64,000 nt of DNA, from NCBI GenBank assembly GCA_965223005.1, contig CBDCVK010000010.1, positions 640,001-704,000 of the forward strand. Direction: 5' to 3'. Positions 1 through 9,691 of the stretch are shown here, in pieces. A program made the translations under genes and the position numbers. The number at the start of each line of letters is the position of its first letter. Position 1 is the first letter of the stretch. The stretch is from Terriglobia bacterium (GTDB lineage Bacteria; Acidobacteriota; Terriglobia; JAJPHL01; JAPKYU01). The notes under the pieces were generated by a model. The model ran no database searches and was not told the DNA's origin. It was given only the letters and a program-made list of their open reading frames with translations.

Positions 1-381
1 CTTGGCCTCCACCAGGGCCTCGAACAGCTGTTCCACCTTTTGGTGCTCTTTGTCCGGGTCCTGCCATTGAGTTTTGAACGCTGCCGGGGCTTCCTCGCGC
101 GGCTCCTCGCGTCGGCGCGCCTCGCGGCCTTCCTCGCGGGCTTTTACTTTCTGTCGCCACATGTCGTTGAAGAGGGCGTAGCGCTGCACCAGGCTGTTGT
201 AGCGGAACCGTTGAGCAAATGTCAGCTTTTGCCCCTCGCCGTAGCGCTTAATCAGGCTCTCGATCTTCCAGTGCAGGTCCGTGGGAGGACGCTTCCTGGC
301 GCCGTTAAAGTAGATGTCAAACTCGATCTTCAGCCGGCGGATGCCGTCCTCGATCTGGGTGATTGCTTCGTCAACGGTCAT
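1..381 (-). CDS. Conserved hypothetical protein resembling MXAN_5187 C-terminal-domain proteins (runs off the window edge)
   Basis: Manual translation from ATG at 381: MTVDEAITQIEDGIRRLKIEFDIYFNGARKRPPTDLHWKIESLIKRY...RFRYNSLVQRYALFNDMWRQKVKAREEGR. Open to position 1; absent from the ORF track because it has no stop in the window. Confidence 0.7.
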   Translation of the reverse strand, partial: MTVDEAITQIEDGIRRLKIEFDIYFNGARKRPPTDLHWKIESLIKRYGEGQKLTFAQRFRYNSLVQRYALFNDMWRQKVKAREEGREARRREEPREEAPAAFKTQWQDPDKEHQKVEQLFEALVEAK

Positions 382-573
382 GTGAACTTCCTTAATGGTA
401 GGCCAATCCAGGCGGTGAAGCAAGAGCGGTTGGAAATCGAGTCCGTAGGACCGGAAGGCCGGCGATCCCTACCGCGGGAAGGCACTGTGGCCCGCTGGTT
501 GCTGGTGACTGATTGGTTTCCCCCTTCGCAACAGTAATTGCGATCCCGGACCGGCTGGGCTACTTTTGCGGTT

Positions 574-1458
574 ATGCATGAACGTGGCGAAGCTGGAACC
601 GACGTGCCCGTGGTTCTCACCATTGCGGCCTTCGACCCTTCCGGTGGCGCCGGTATCATCGCAGACTTGAAAACCTTTGCCGCCCACAATTGCTACGGGG
701 TGTCAGCGGTGACGACACTCACCGTGCGACACACCGAACGGGTGGGCGGTCGCCAGGACGTTCCATCGTCATGGTTGGCCCAGCAGATCGCGCCTCTGAC
801 GGAGGACATCCCCCTGGCCGGAGTTAAGATTGGTCTGATGGGTTCGGCCGCCAACGTTGAGGCGGTGGTCGCCGCACTGGACCGCTATGCTCTGCCGTTT
901 GTGGTTCTGGACCCGATGTTTCGCTCCGGCAGCGGCGCCTCCATGCTGTCGCCGGAGGCCGTGGAGCTGCTGCACGACCGGCTTCTCCCCAAAGCTACCC
1001 TCATGACTCCCAATACGGAGGAGGCCTCCCACCTGACCGGGCGGAGCCTGCGTACCGTTGAGGAGATGAAAGCGGTCGCCGCAAGCCTCCACGGCATGTG
1101 TGGAGCAGCGGTGGTGATCACCGGGGAGCACCTGGAAAAGCCCCAGGACGTGCTGTTTGACGGCAAAGAGAATTTCGTCTTTGCTGGCAATAGGGCTGGC
1201 GGCCGGCTCCGCTCACCGAAGATGCATGGGGCCCGCTGCACGTTCTCTTCGGCGATCGCGGCCAACCTGGCCCTGGGCAAGTCCCTGCCGGACGCAATCG
1301 TGCTGGCTAAGGCTTACGTCACCCAGGCCATGGAAAAAGGTCACGCGATGGGACGCTGGCCCGTGTTGCTCAACCACCTGTATCGGCTACAAGCCCCGGG
1401 GCCGCCGCGCGCGGTGGCTCTCGAACCAGTCGAATCGCACGCCGCCGGGCACCGCTAG
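574..1458 (+). CDS. thiD: Hydroxymethylpyrimidine/phosphomethylpyrimidine kinase
   Basis: VLTIAAFDPSGGAGIIADLKTF, VKIG, VLDP, TPNTEEA, HGARCTFSSAIAA motifs; ATG at 574 preferred over the ORF start at 538. Confidence 0.9.
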   Translation: MHERGEAGTDVPVVLTIAAFDPSGGAGIIADLKTFAAHNCYGVSAVTTLTVRHTERVGGRQDVPSSWLAQQIAPLTEDIPLAGVKIGLMGSAANVEAVVAALDRYALPFVVLDPMFRSGSGASMLSPEAVELLHDRLLPKATLMTPNTEEASHLTGRSLRTVEEMKAVAASLHGMCGAAVVITGEHLEKPQDVLFDGKENFVFAGNRAGGRLRSPKMHGARCTFSSAIAANLALGKSLPDAIVLAKAYVTQAMEKGHAMGRWPVLLNHLYRLQAPGPPRAVALEPVESHAAGHR

Positions 1459-1647
1459 AGCGGGCGCCTCCAGCCAGCAACCCCTCCACACCCGTTTCGG
1501 CGCCTGCTACACTGAGAAGCGCAAGGGTCTTCCCACACTCTGAAACAGGGCTTACTGATGCCAGGCAGCGGCAGTGACCAAAGACGAGTCCCGAGTGCCA
1601 CTCCGGTTGCCACCTGGCGGAGCCAGTCCAAGGACCAGTCCAAAGAA

Positions 1648-2112
1648 ATGAGGGACAATGCCTGCATTGGGTTCCGCGACTACCAGCCGGGCGATTTCCG
1701 CGCTCTATGCGATATTGACCGGCTGTGTTTCCCTGCAGGCATCGCCTATAGCCCCGCTGAGTTGTCCTACTGGCTGCGGTCCCGAGACACCTTCGCGATT
1801 GTTGCGGAAGACCAGCAGGCGACCTGCATCACCGGATTTGTCCTCGGCCGCCGGGAACACGACGCCAATGGTCACATCATCACGATTGAGGTGCTGCCCG
1901 AACACCGCCGGGCGGGCATCGCCACGGAGCTGATCGAGCGCGCCCAGGAGCGATTCAAGCAGATGAAGGTCACGCACGTAGAGCTCTTTACCTGGGTGGA
2001 GAACACTCAGGCAGTGGCCTTTTACCGCAAGCTGGGCTACCAGACCGTGGCCCGTGTCCGCCGCTACTACCTTGGCCGCATGGACGCCTGGCTGATGGCC
2101 CGAGAGCTCTAG
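1648..2112 (+). CDS. GNAT N-acetyltransferase, RimI-like
   Basis: GHIITIEVLPEHRRAGIA acetyl-CoA motif, NTQAVAFYRKLGY, RRYY...DAWLM; start uncertain (1558 or 1648). Confidence 0.85.
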   Translation: MRDNACIGFRDYQPGDFRALCDIDRLCFPAGIAYSPAELSYWLRSRDTFAIVAEDQQATCITGFVLGRREHDANGHIITIEVLPEHRRAGIATELIERAQERFKQMKVTHVELFTWVENTQAVAFYRKLGYQTVARVRRYYLGRMDAWLMAREL

Positions 2113-2218
2113 CGAAGCAATCCCGATCCGCCTCGGCCTTTCCTTTCCAGCATCAGAATTGACGAGGCCAGTGTCATAGCGTTAGCCTTGGCGATCATAG
2201 GGGTTCACAAAGACAAGT

Positions 2219-3448
2219 ATGCAGAGCAGGCGAATGGATATGTGGTGGCTTAGGCGGGCACTCCTGTCCGCACTGGTCGGCTTCGCCTTCGCAATCCCCT
2301 TTGTGACGGCACCCGCCACGCGAGCCAAAGCATTGCAGGAGGAGGCCGGACAAGCGCAGGCGAGCGCTGAACAGGCACCCGGTCCGAGCGAGGCTTATCT
2401 GATTCTCGCAAAGGGGCCTGTTAACAGTCGCCTGACAAGGCACATTCGCCAGGAGCTCCAGAAAGCAGCGGCCTCAGGAGCACAAGCCGCAATCCTAGAA
2501 ATTGACACTTTCGGCGGAGAGTTGGACGCGGCCGTCGCAATCCGAGACGCTCTCTTGGACGCGCCGTTGCGCGTCATCGCCTTTGTGAACAAACGCGCCA
2601 TCTCGGCCGGCGCGCTGATTGCCCTGGCTAGCCACGAGATCGTTATGGCGCCGGGAGCCACGATCGGGGCGGCCACTCCCGTGCGGTTGACCTGGACGGG
2701 GTCGGAGCCGGCAGGGGAAAAGGCGATCAGTTACTTCCGCAAAGAGATGAAGGCGACCGCGGAAAGCCGAAATCATCCCGGCGCGCTGGCCGAGGCGATG
2801 GTAGATACCGATGTGGTGGTCCCGGAAGTCGTGGAGAAGGGGAAGCTGTTGACCTTGACCACCCAGGAAGCCTTGACCCTGAAGCTTGCGGCAGCTAAGA
2901 GCGAAGATCTGGAACAGCTGCTCGAAACCTACAAGCTCGAACTGGTCGCCGAAAGCCGCAAGGAAGCCGCGCGTGCAGCCGAAGCGGTGGATGCGCGCGG
3001 TTGGTTCGAGCAGTTTCGCGCCTGGCATGTTTGGTTGCTCCTGGGTCTGGCGCTGGTTGTGGTAGAAATCCTGATCCCCGCATTCTTTGTTCTCTGGTTC
3101 GGGGTGGGAGCTTCGGTGGCTGCTTTGCTGGCCTTCCTGGGGATGTCGCAGGCGGTTCAGGTGAGCGCCTTTTTGGCTATTTCGTTCCTGCTGCTGGTGT
3201 TTTCGCGCACCATATTCCAGAGCACGCTGTTTCGCAGCCAGCAGAGCGTCGCCACAAATGTCGAAGCACTCAAAGGCCAGCAAGCAATCGTGCTGAAGGC
3301 CATGGAGGGGAGTCTCCAGCCCGGCTCGGTGAAGATTGGCGGCGAGGTGTGGTCCGCGATCTGCGAGGAGGAAACCCAGATCCTCGAAGGAGCCAAAGTG
3401 GAGGTTCTGGATGTGGTGGGGAACAAGGTTCGGGTGAAACCAATTTAG
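2219..3448 (+). CDS. nfeD: NfeD-family membrane protein with N-terminal ClpP-class serine protease domain and C-terminal OB-fold
   Basis: Signal peptide; IDTFGG, AISAGALIAL, MAPGATIGAATP, GKLLTLT; TM helices; GSVKIGGEVWSA; adjacent to an SPFH gene. Confidence 0.9.
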   Translation: MQSRRMDMWWLRRALLSALVGFAFAIPFVTAPATRAKALQEEAGQAQASAEQAPGPSEAYLILAKGPVNSRLTRHIRQELQKAAASGAQAAILEIDTFGGELDAAVAIRDALLDAPLRVIAFVNKRAISAGALIALASHEIVMAPGATIGAATPVRLTWTGSEPAGEKAISYFRKEMKATAESRNHPGALAEAMVDTDVVVPEVVEKGKLLTLTTQEALTLKLAAAKSEDLEQLLETYKLELVAESRKEAARAAEAVDARGWFEQFRAWHVWLLLGLALVVVEILIPAFFVLWFGVGASVAALLAFLGMSQAVQVSAFLAISFLLLVFSRTIFQSTLFRSQQSVATNVEALKGQQAIVLKAMEGSLQPGSVKIGGEVWSAICEEETQILEGAKVEVLDVVGNKVRVKPI

Positions 3449-3457
3449 GAGGGAGCT

Positions 3458-4411
3458 ATGTCAGGGTTTACTTTCTTTGTTGTGGTGATTGTGCTTATCG
3501 TAGTGGCCAAAAGAGGTGTCCAGCTCGTTCAGCAGGCCACGGTCAAGATCGTGGAGAGGTTGGGCAAGTTCCACAAGATTGCTCACAGCGGGATCAATTT
3601 CATCTGGCCGTTTGTGGACAACGTCCGGCCATTTGCTTTGTTGGGCCGGCGATCTTCCCATGTGGACATGCGGGAACAGGTGATGGACTTTGTGCCCCAA
3701 CCCGTGATCACCCGCGACAACGTCACCATGGAAGTGGATACGGTACTGTACTTCCAGATTACCGATCCGTTTAAAGCCACTTACGAAATCGTTGACCTGG
3801 GGGCGGCCATCCACCAGCTCACCGTGACCAGCCTGCGCAACGTGATGGGCGAGCTGGCGTTGGATGAGACCCTCACCTCGCGGGAGACGGTGAACATCAA
3901 GCTGCGCGATGTGCTGGATGAGGCCACCGACAAGTGGGGAGTCAAGATCAACCGCGTGGAATTAAAGAACATCGAGCCGCCACGGGAGATTCGCGACGCC
4001 ATGGCCATGCAGATGAAGGCGGAGCGCGAACGGCGGGCCGTGGTCACCGAGGCGGAAGGCACCAAGAGGTCAGCCATCTTGAGCGCCGAAGGGCAACGGG
4101 AGGCCGCCATTGCCAGAGCCGAAGGAGAGAAGCGCGCCACCATCCTGGATGCGGAAGGCGTGGCCGAAGCGCGGCTGAAAATCGCTCAGGCAGAAGCTGA
4201 GGCGCTCACTCGCGTGCGCGGAGCGTTGGGCGAGGCCAGCCCGGCCAACTACCTCATCGCACTGAAGTACCTGGAGTCGCTCGAAAAGATCTCCGCGGGA
4301 CAGGCAACCAAGATCTTCCTCCCCTTCGAGGCCAGCAGCATTCTTGGCTCGGTGGGAGGCATCCGCGAGATGCTCGCGACCGAGCGCACGCCTCCAACCA
4401 AGCGCGAGTAG
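3458..4411 (+). CDS. SPFH/band 7 stomatin-like (QmcA-like) protein
   Basis: N-terminal TM, IVERLGK, QPVITRDNV, WGVKINRVELK, QMKAERERRA; AGGAGG RBS. Confidence 0.93.
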   Translation: MSGFTFFVVVIVLIVVAKRGVQLVQQATVKIVERLGKFHKIAHSGINFIWPFVDNVRPFALLGRRSSHVDMREQVMDFVPQPVITRDNVTMEVDTVLYFQITDPFKATYEIVDLGAAIHQLTVTSLRNVMGELALDETLTSRETVNIKLRDVLDEATDKWGVKINRVELKNIEPPREIRDAMAMQMKAERERRAVVTEAEGTKRSAILSAEGQREAAIARAEGEKRATILDAEGVAEARLKIAQAEAEALTRVRGALGEASPANYLIALKYLESLEKISAGQATKIFLPFEASSILGSVGGIREMLATERTPPTKRE

Positions 4412-4503
4412 CCCAGATCCTTCCGCGGGGACCCGGTGAATCTTGCCTGGGGGAAGGAAGCGTTCCGACGCCAGCAGTTCCGATGCCAGCAGCGGTGCTT
4501 TGC

Positions 4504-4914
4504 TCAGGTTGGTTTCTTGCGCAGCAGGCGGTCCGGACTCCAGGGACCGGGACCGGCGGCGAACAGGTACAAGAACACGAAACTGTACAGAGCGCCCAGC
4601 TCGCCCCCATTCAGAATCGGCCAGAATCCTCTCGGAAAGTGGGCCATGAAATACGCCACCGCCATCTGACCACTCAAAAGAAAAGCAGTGGGCACGGTGA
4701 AGAGGCCCAAGATGAGCAGCAGGCCTCCCACGAGTTCCAGGAAGCCGGCAAACCAGATGAGGGAAAAGAATTGGGCTTTGGCGCCGGTTCCCCCCATTCC
4801 TCCCAGGAGTCCGAAGACTTTCTGGAAGCCGTGGAGTGAGAAGGTAAACCCGGCGATGATCCGCAACAACGAAAGCACATAAGGTTCCAGAGCCGCAATT
4901 TTCGCTTGAAGCAC
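4504..4914 (-). CDS. DoxX family membrane protein
   Basis: LLRIIAG..F..HG.QK, ELVGGLLLILGLFT, SGQMAVAYFMAH, NGGE, GPGPWS.D. Confidence 0.9.
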   Translation of the reverse strand: MLQAKIAALEPYVLSLLRIIAGFTFSLHGFQKVFGLLGGMGGTGAKAQFFSLIWFAGFLELVGGLLLILGLFTVPTAFLLSGQMAVAYFMAHFPRGFWPILNGGELGALYSFVFLYLFAAGPGPWSPDRLLRKKPT

Positions 4915-4999
4915 GATTTCCTCCGAGGCAACAGCTCCCGGAAGGGAGCCCCGATGTCACCTGCGTGATGTCACATGAGTTCGGGCGGCCGGATCTGGC

Positions 5000-5905
5000 T
5001 CAAGCGAGAGCCAGACATCGGACCGCAGGGAGTCCCTCAGCCGCTATCGTCCAACTCCTGCCCTGGTCCGACGAGACAAATACCTTCCCTTCTGAGGTAC
5101 CGAAAGCCGCCTGGGCATCATGTCCCGCTAAGCAATACGTGTCGATATTCTTGGAGAACCACTTGGGCAGACCCTTCTCGCATCGCTCAAAGTGCCCGCC
5201 ACCAGAAACAGGTCTTCGGTACAACGCGGCACGGTGTGTGAATGGACCTGTTGATGCCGTAACCAAGACCGTCTCATCAGCAACCGCGACTGCTCGGAGG
5301 TAGTCTCCATGCAGCCCTTGAGCATCAAACTCCCAGGACTTTCCTCCATCGGCACTGACGGCGAGCCCCTGAGCCGTAGCCGCAAAAACCAGCCCGGAGC
5401 CAGGGTCGCAGAGAACCTGATGAACGTCGGCCTCGACATCGATGGTGGGGTGCCAGGACTTACCACCGTCTTCGGATCGCGGCACTCCTCCGACGTGGAC
5501 ATTGACATAAACCGTGCCCTTCGGGTCAGCAGACATCGACCGCACATCCGGTGGCCCGCCCCACGGTGTAAACCATGCGTCCCTACCTTCAGTTTGGTCG
5601 AAGGAATGGACCCGCTCAAGCTGCCCGTCTCTCAGCAGAAACAGATAGGCTTCCGATGTCCCTAGGAAAATTCCAGACGACGCAAGCAATAGACAGTTCG
5701 CCTCTTGGGCGTCAATGGAAGTGACCCGCTTCCAGTCGCCTCTGGGAGCGACATGCCAAACTTCCCTGCCATCGACAATGGCCCACCGCCCTGAAGCGTG
5801 GCTCGTCACCCACCTGACTTCGCCCCCAGCCAGCTGGACACTCAGGTCCTCACCTAATTCATGGAGTCCATCGGTCGTTCCCACCAAGACCTTAGCTGGC
5901 ATCAT
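5000..5905 (-). CDS. BNR/Asp-box beta-propeller protein
   Basis: Three Asp boxes: SEDGGKSW, SADGGKSW, SSDQGRSW. Confidence 0.8.
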   Translation of the reverse strand: MMPAKVLVGTTDGLHELGEDLSVQLAGGEVRWVTSHASGRWAIVDGREVWHVAPRGDWKRVTSIDAQEANCLLLASSGIFLGTSEAYLFLLRDGQLERVHSFDQTEGRDAWFTPWGGPPDVRSMSADPKGTVYVNVHVGGVPRSEDGGKSWHPTIDVEADVHQVLCDPGSGLVFAATAQGLAVSADGGKSWEFDAQGLHGDYLRAVAVADETVLVTASTGPFTHRAALYRRPVSGGGHFERCEKGLPKWFSKNIDTYCLAGHDAQAAFGTSEGKVFVSSDQGRSWTIAAEGLPAVRCLALA

Positions 5906-6002
5906 CTGGTCCCAACCTTAATTTGCCATAGGCAGAAATGCGAGCGAGCTCAGGATCGCCTCGTTACGCAGGTATTTCCTCCTCCATTGATATTACCGCG
6001 AA

Positions 6003-6970
6003 TCAAGTTATGACGACATTTCCTTTTTTGTGCCCTCTATCGACATACCGGTGAGCCTCGGCAGTCTGTTCCAACCGATAGGATCTATCTATGACTGGTT
6101 TTATCTTTCCCGCCTCAGCAAGCTCTTTGAGGAAGATTAGATCTTTGGTCTTTTCGCTTGCTGGCCTCAAACCTGTGAACGTAATCATCGACCTTTTGTT
6201 GCCGATCTTTGAAGTCCATAACATTTGAAATAGAATTGCTAGCGTGGGGACAGTTGAAAGATAGACCCCTCTTTGCTTTAGCGAGCCTTTACAACGTGAA
6301 AATGAACTCTTGCCTACTGCGTCACAAATGATGTCATAGGTTTCATCGCTTTTGGCAAAATCCTCTTTAGTGTAATCAATGACTTTATCGGCTCCCAGAG
6401 ACTTCGCCAATTCCAAATTCGTGGTACTGCATACTCCGGTGACTTCCGCCCCGAAGTACTTGGCAAGCTGTACGGCAGAAGTGCCTACCGATCCAGAAGC
6501 GCCATTGATTAGGACTTCTTGTCCGCGCTGAATCTTTCCGGCATCTCTTAGGAAAGGCAGTGATGTTAATCCTCCACCACAGACGCTGGCGGCTTCACCA
6601 TAAGTCATATTGGTCGGTTTCAATGTCAGTGCCCCTTCTTCAGGCAGGCATATGTACTCGGCATGAGCGCCAAAAGCGGCATCGCTAGCCGCAAAAACCT
6701 CGTCACCTTCTTTAAATCGCTTTACATCTTTGCCAACTGCTTCAATTTCTCCGGCTAAGTTAGACCCTAGTGTAGTTATCTTTGGTCTTATGGGACCAGT
6801 GGCAAATCTTGCAATAAACGGATCACCCTTTCGAAAGGTGCAGTCCTCTGACGTAACTGTTGCCGCATATATTCTTATCAGTACTTCATTGTCCTTTGGA
6901 GTGCGTTTGTCTACCTCTTTGAGCTGAGAACATCCGGTAGCCCGTATTGTGTGTATACAATCGCTTTCAT
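6003..6970 (-). pseudogene. MDR-family NAD(P)-dependent alcohol dehydrogenase/quinone oxidoreductase, frameshifted near its 5' end
   Basis: The canonical start [15 protein letters not shown] (ATG 6970) is out of frame with QLKEVDK...INGASGSVG...[10 protein letters not shown]; one base appears missing at about 6925-6930. Visibly AT-richer than the flanks. An assembly indel cannot be excluded. Confidence 0.75.
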
Positions 6971-7513
6971 AAGCAATATCCGTCATACTTTATCTAAATC
7001 TCTCTGAACACCCACCCAATCCAGAGTTCTAACCGGAATTTCCGATTTGACCTTCCCTTTCGCCGTTCGGTTAAACTCCTTACGCCGGAGGCAGCTTCTT
7101 GTGTCAAGCCACCGGTCCAGGTTGACGGCCTCCGACGCTCCAGGCCCCGATGCCTTAGACCCTAGTGTAGTTATCTTTGGTCTTATGGGACCAGTGGCAA
7201 ATCTTGCAATAAACGGATCACCCTTTCGAAAGGTGCAGTCCTCTGACGTAACTGTTGCCGCATATATTCTTATCAGTACTTCATTGTCCTTTGGAGTGCG
7301 TTTGTCTACCTCTTTGAGCTGAGAACTCCGGTAGCCCGTATTGTGTGTATACAATCGCTTTCATAAGCAATATCCGTCATACTTTATCTAAATCTCTCTG
7401 AACACCCACCCAATCCAGAGTTCTAACCGGAATTTCCGATTTGACCTTCCCTTTCGCCTAAACCCTTACGCCGGAGGCCTTCTTGTGTCAAGCCACCGGT
7501 CCAACGGCCTCCT
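6760..7513. repeat. Tandem duplication, period about 394-395 bp
   Basis: 6760-7064 recurs at 7155-7458, differing by a 1-bp deletion (gagaacatcc vs gagaactcc); diverged similarity continues (7071-7130 vs 7459-7513). Confidence 0.95.
7033..7130 (-). mobile_element. Truncated IS1380-family right-end fragment
   Basis: ccggaatttccgatttgaccttccctttc resembles the reverse complement of the IS right end at 63103 (cccggaatttccattttgagcttcccctt). Confidence 0.7.
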
Positions 7514-7662
7514 TTGGATGGCATCGAGGCTCGTTTTAGCCGTTCCGCGGGCTTGTCTGGTCTGTTTCTGCTCACCAACCAGGCCCGTTGCCAACACTTT
7601 TTTCACTGGATGACTTTTGAGCGTTCGATTCGCCGTCTCTCCCGGTTCGCTGGCCCGTGGGA
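7427..7662 (-). mobile_element. IS1380-family right-end remnant (whole non-coding end, no transposase)
   Basis: Reverse complement aligns by eye, nearly gap-free, to about 62865-63103 (agcgaaccgggagagacgg vs agcgacccaggagagaggg; gctcaaaagt vs gctcagaagt; gaggcc; ttgacac; ggaaattccgg). Confidence 0.8.
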
Positions 7663-7777
7663 CCTTCATGGTTCGCCACGGCACCCCATTCCTGACCGGG
7701 TTGAAAGCTGCCCGCGCCCGGAATAAGATTGCTCCCAGTCGCAGCGCACAAATGCACAATCGGAAAAGGAAGCTGCC

Positions 7778-8242
7778 ATGGAAAAAATCATCTCACGCAT
7801 GCTGGATAGCTACGAAGGCGGCGCCGTCAGCCGCCGACAATTGATCCAGGGCCTGGTTGCTGTAGCGGCGGCCGCGCAAGCTGGGTCTGCCTCCGCATCT
7901 ACGTTTCAAGGAATGGAGATCAACCATGTAGCGTTGAGGGTGACCAATGTGCCGCGCTCCCGCGATTTCTACCAAGAGCACTTTAGTCTGCCAGTCGTCC
8001 GTCAGGACAGCGGGGCCTGTTTTTTGGGAATGGGCAAGAACTTTCTGGCGCTGTTCCACAACCCGAACGCCGGGATGGACCATTTCTGCATCGCCATCAA
8101 CAACTACAAGGCCGATTCCGTGATGGCAGAGCTCGAGCGGCAGGGATTGAATCCCAGGCGGCCGGCAGGCTCCAATCGCGTGTATTTCCCGGATCCCGAC
8201 GGTCTGGAGGTGCAGGTCTCCGCTGCGGGTCACCAGCCCTGA
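7778..8242 (+). CDS. VOC/glyoxalase-family protein with Tat-like signal
   Basis: SRRQLI followed by a hydrophobic stretch; INHVALRV...SRDFY, DHFCI, VYFPDPDGLEVQV. Confidence 0.85.
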   Translation: MEKIISRMLDSYEGGAVSRRQLIQGLVAVAAAAQAGSASASTFQGMEINHVALRVTNVPRSRDFYQEHFSLPVVRQDSGACFLGMGKNFLALFHNPNAGMDHFCIAINNYKADSVMAELERQGLNPRRPAGSNRVYFPDPDGLEVQVSAAGHQP

Positions 8243-8479
8243 ACGACTTCAGGGGATGGAAGCGGTGCCGGGGTTCGCCTACATTTTCCCTCCGAAGCTA
8301 AATGACAGCCTACCTTCACCGCGGGGGTACGTATAGAACGCACCCGGATTCCGGGTTTCCCACTTGCGGGCCGGTCTCGCCGGAGTGAGTGCGGGCTGAA
8401 CCAGTACGCATGTAAAATGTTCTAAACATAATCTTTCCAAACTGTTGCATGTTAGAATCTGCTGTGCTAGGGTGAGCGC

Positions 8480-9691
8480 ATGGCCGGGACGTTCCCGCGG
8501 CGTCAGGCGGTCCGCTTGGCCGGATTGCTGAGCACCCCGTTTGTCCCGGGGTTGATTTGTCTGGAAGCGCCACCCCGCCGCGGTAAGAGCGATTTCTTGC
8601 GCCAGTTGTTCGGCGTGCTGCTGAACCAACGTGCCGTCGCCCCGGTTTTACTGAGCCTGGGCAGCCGCCGCTTGCCCGAAGGCGCGGTCGAGCAGGCGGG
8701 GGCGCAACTTCTTGGGTTTGCCGAAGGGCGTCTGCGCTCGCCCGCAGTTTTTCTGGATCGCGCATTGCTGGCTGAGCGTGAGGACGCGGCCATCTGGCAT
8801 GAATTTCTCGCAGCCGGCAGCGGCTCCCCGCCAGCGGAGCACTTCTTTTCGGCGGCGGCCGTTTTGGCCGAGCGAGTGGGACCCATCTGTCTGCTGCTCG
8901 ATGACGCTCCGGAAGAATGGTTGCGTGCAGCGGCCTCGGTAGCCTCGCCGGCGCTGGCTACGGTGGCCGCGCCCGTCTCGCCGGCCGTTCCCTCCGCGGC
9001 TCAAGTGCTGGCGCTGGAAGAACTCACGGTGCGCGAAGGGCTACTCCTGACGGAGAGTCTGGCGCGCGTTCTGGGAATTAACTTTTCCTGGGAAGCCGCC
9101 GAGCCATTCGTGGCCTACACGGGCAGCGACCCGTACGTGTTGCAGTCGGTGGTGCGTGGCGCCGCTGCAGCGGGCACGCCGCTGGACAGCCCTGCTGCCT
9201 TCGTCCGCGCGTACCTGGACCAGCTATGGCAGGGCAGCCTGGCTGCCTATTTCCGGGAGCGCCTGCCGGCAGAGCCGGGAAGCCTGGAGCGCCGTTTCGC
9301 GCTGGAGACGCTGTCGGCCGGCACGTTGGAGGCCTCGCGGTTGGCGCGCTGGCGCCATCGCATTGCCGTGGATGACCTGCTCCACCAGATGCAGCAAGGC
9401 GGCTGGGTAAGCGCGCGCGGCGCCCACTGGGCGCTGCGCTCCTGGCCGGCGGCGCGAGACTGGGCAACGCTGGAGGCATCCGCGCAGGTGCCGGATCGCG
9501 CGGCTGGCCTGCTGACGCTGCGCCTGCTGGCCGACCTGGAGAAAGCTCGTCGCGTCTGTGGAACCGCGCAGGTGGCTTCCCACATTGCCGCGGGCCTGCA
9601 GGGGCTGATGCCAACGGCGGCCGACTGGCTTGCCGAGAACGGCCTCCCCGGCGCGCAGGTGCCGGAAGTTTGCCACGTTGCCCGTACCTGA
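8480..9691 (+). CDS. P-loop NTPase-like protein, possibly C-terminally truncated
   Basis: Degenerate Walker A (APPRRGKS), Walker B-like CLLLDD, YTGSDPYVLQ helix typical of AAA+/STAND NTPases. Confidence 0.6.
   Translation: MAGTFPRRQAVRLAGLLSTPFVPGLICLEAPPRRGKSDFLRQLFGVLLNQRAVAPVLLSLGSRRLPEGAVEQAGAQLLGFAEGRLRSPAVFLDRALLAEREDAAIWHEFLAAGSGSPPAEHFFSAAAVLAERVGPICLLLDDAPEEWLRAAASVASPALATVAAPVSPAVPSAAQVLALEELTVREGLLLTESLARVLGINFSWEAAEPFVAYTGSDPYVLQSVVRGAAAAGTPLDSPAAFVRAYLDQLWQGSLAAYFRERLPAEPGSLERRFALETLSAGTLEASRLARWRHRIAVDDLLHQMQQGGWVSARGAHWALRSWPAARDWATLEASAQVPDRAAGLLTLRLLADLEKARRVCGTAQVASHIAAGLQGLMPTAADWLAENGLPGAQVPEVCHVART

Noticed and set aside
40-537. 165-aa plus-strand ORF
   Set aside because: Shadow of the minus-strand gene at 1-381, which has a more protein-like sequence.
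382-1650. TPP riboswitch around thiD (ctgagaag at about 1512)
   Set aside because: The motif is downstream of thiD and the other conserved TPP elements are missing; it reads better as part of an extended -10 (tgctacact) for the GNAT gene.
6003-6986. ORF-track start [10 protein letters not shown] for the oxidoreductase
   Set aside because: The family-typical N-terminus [10 protein letters not shown] is in another frame, so a frameshift is the better explanation.
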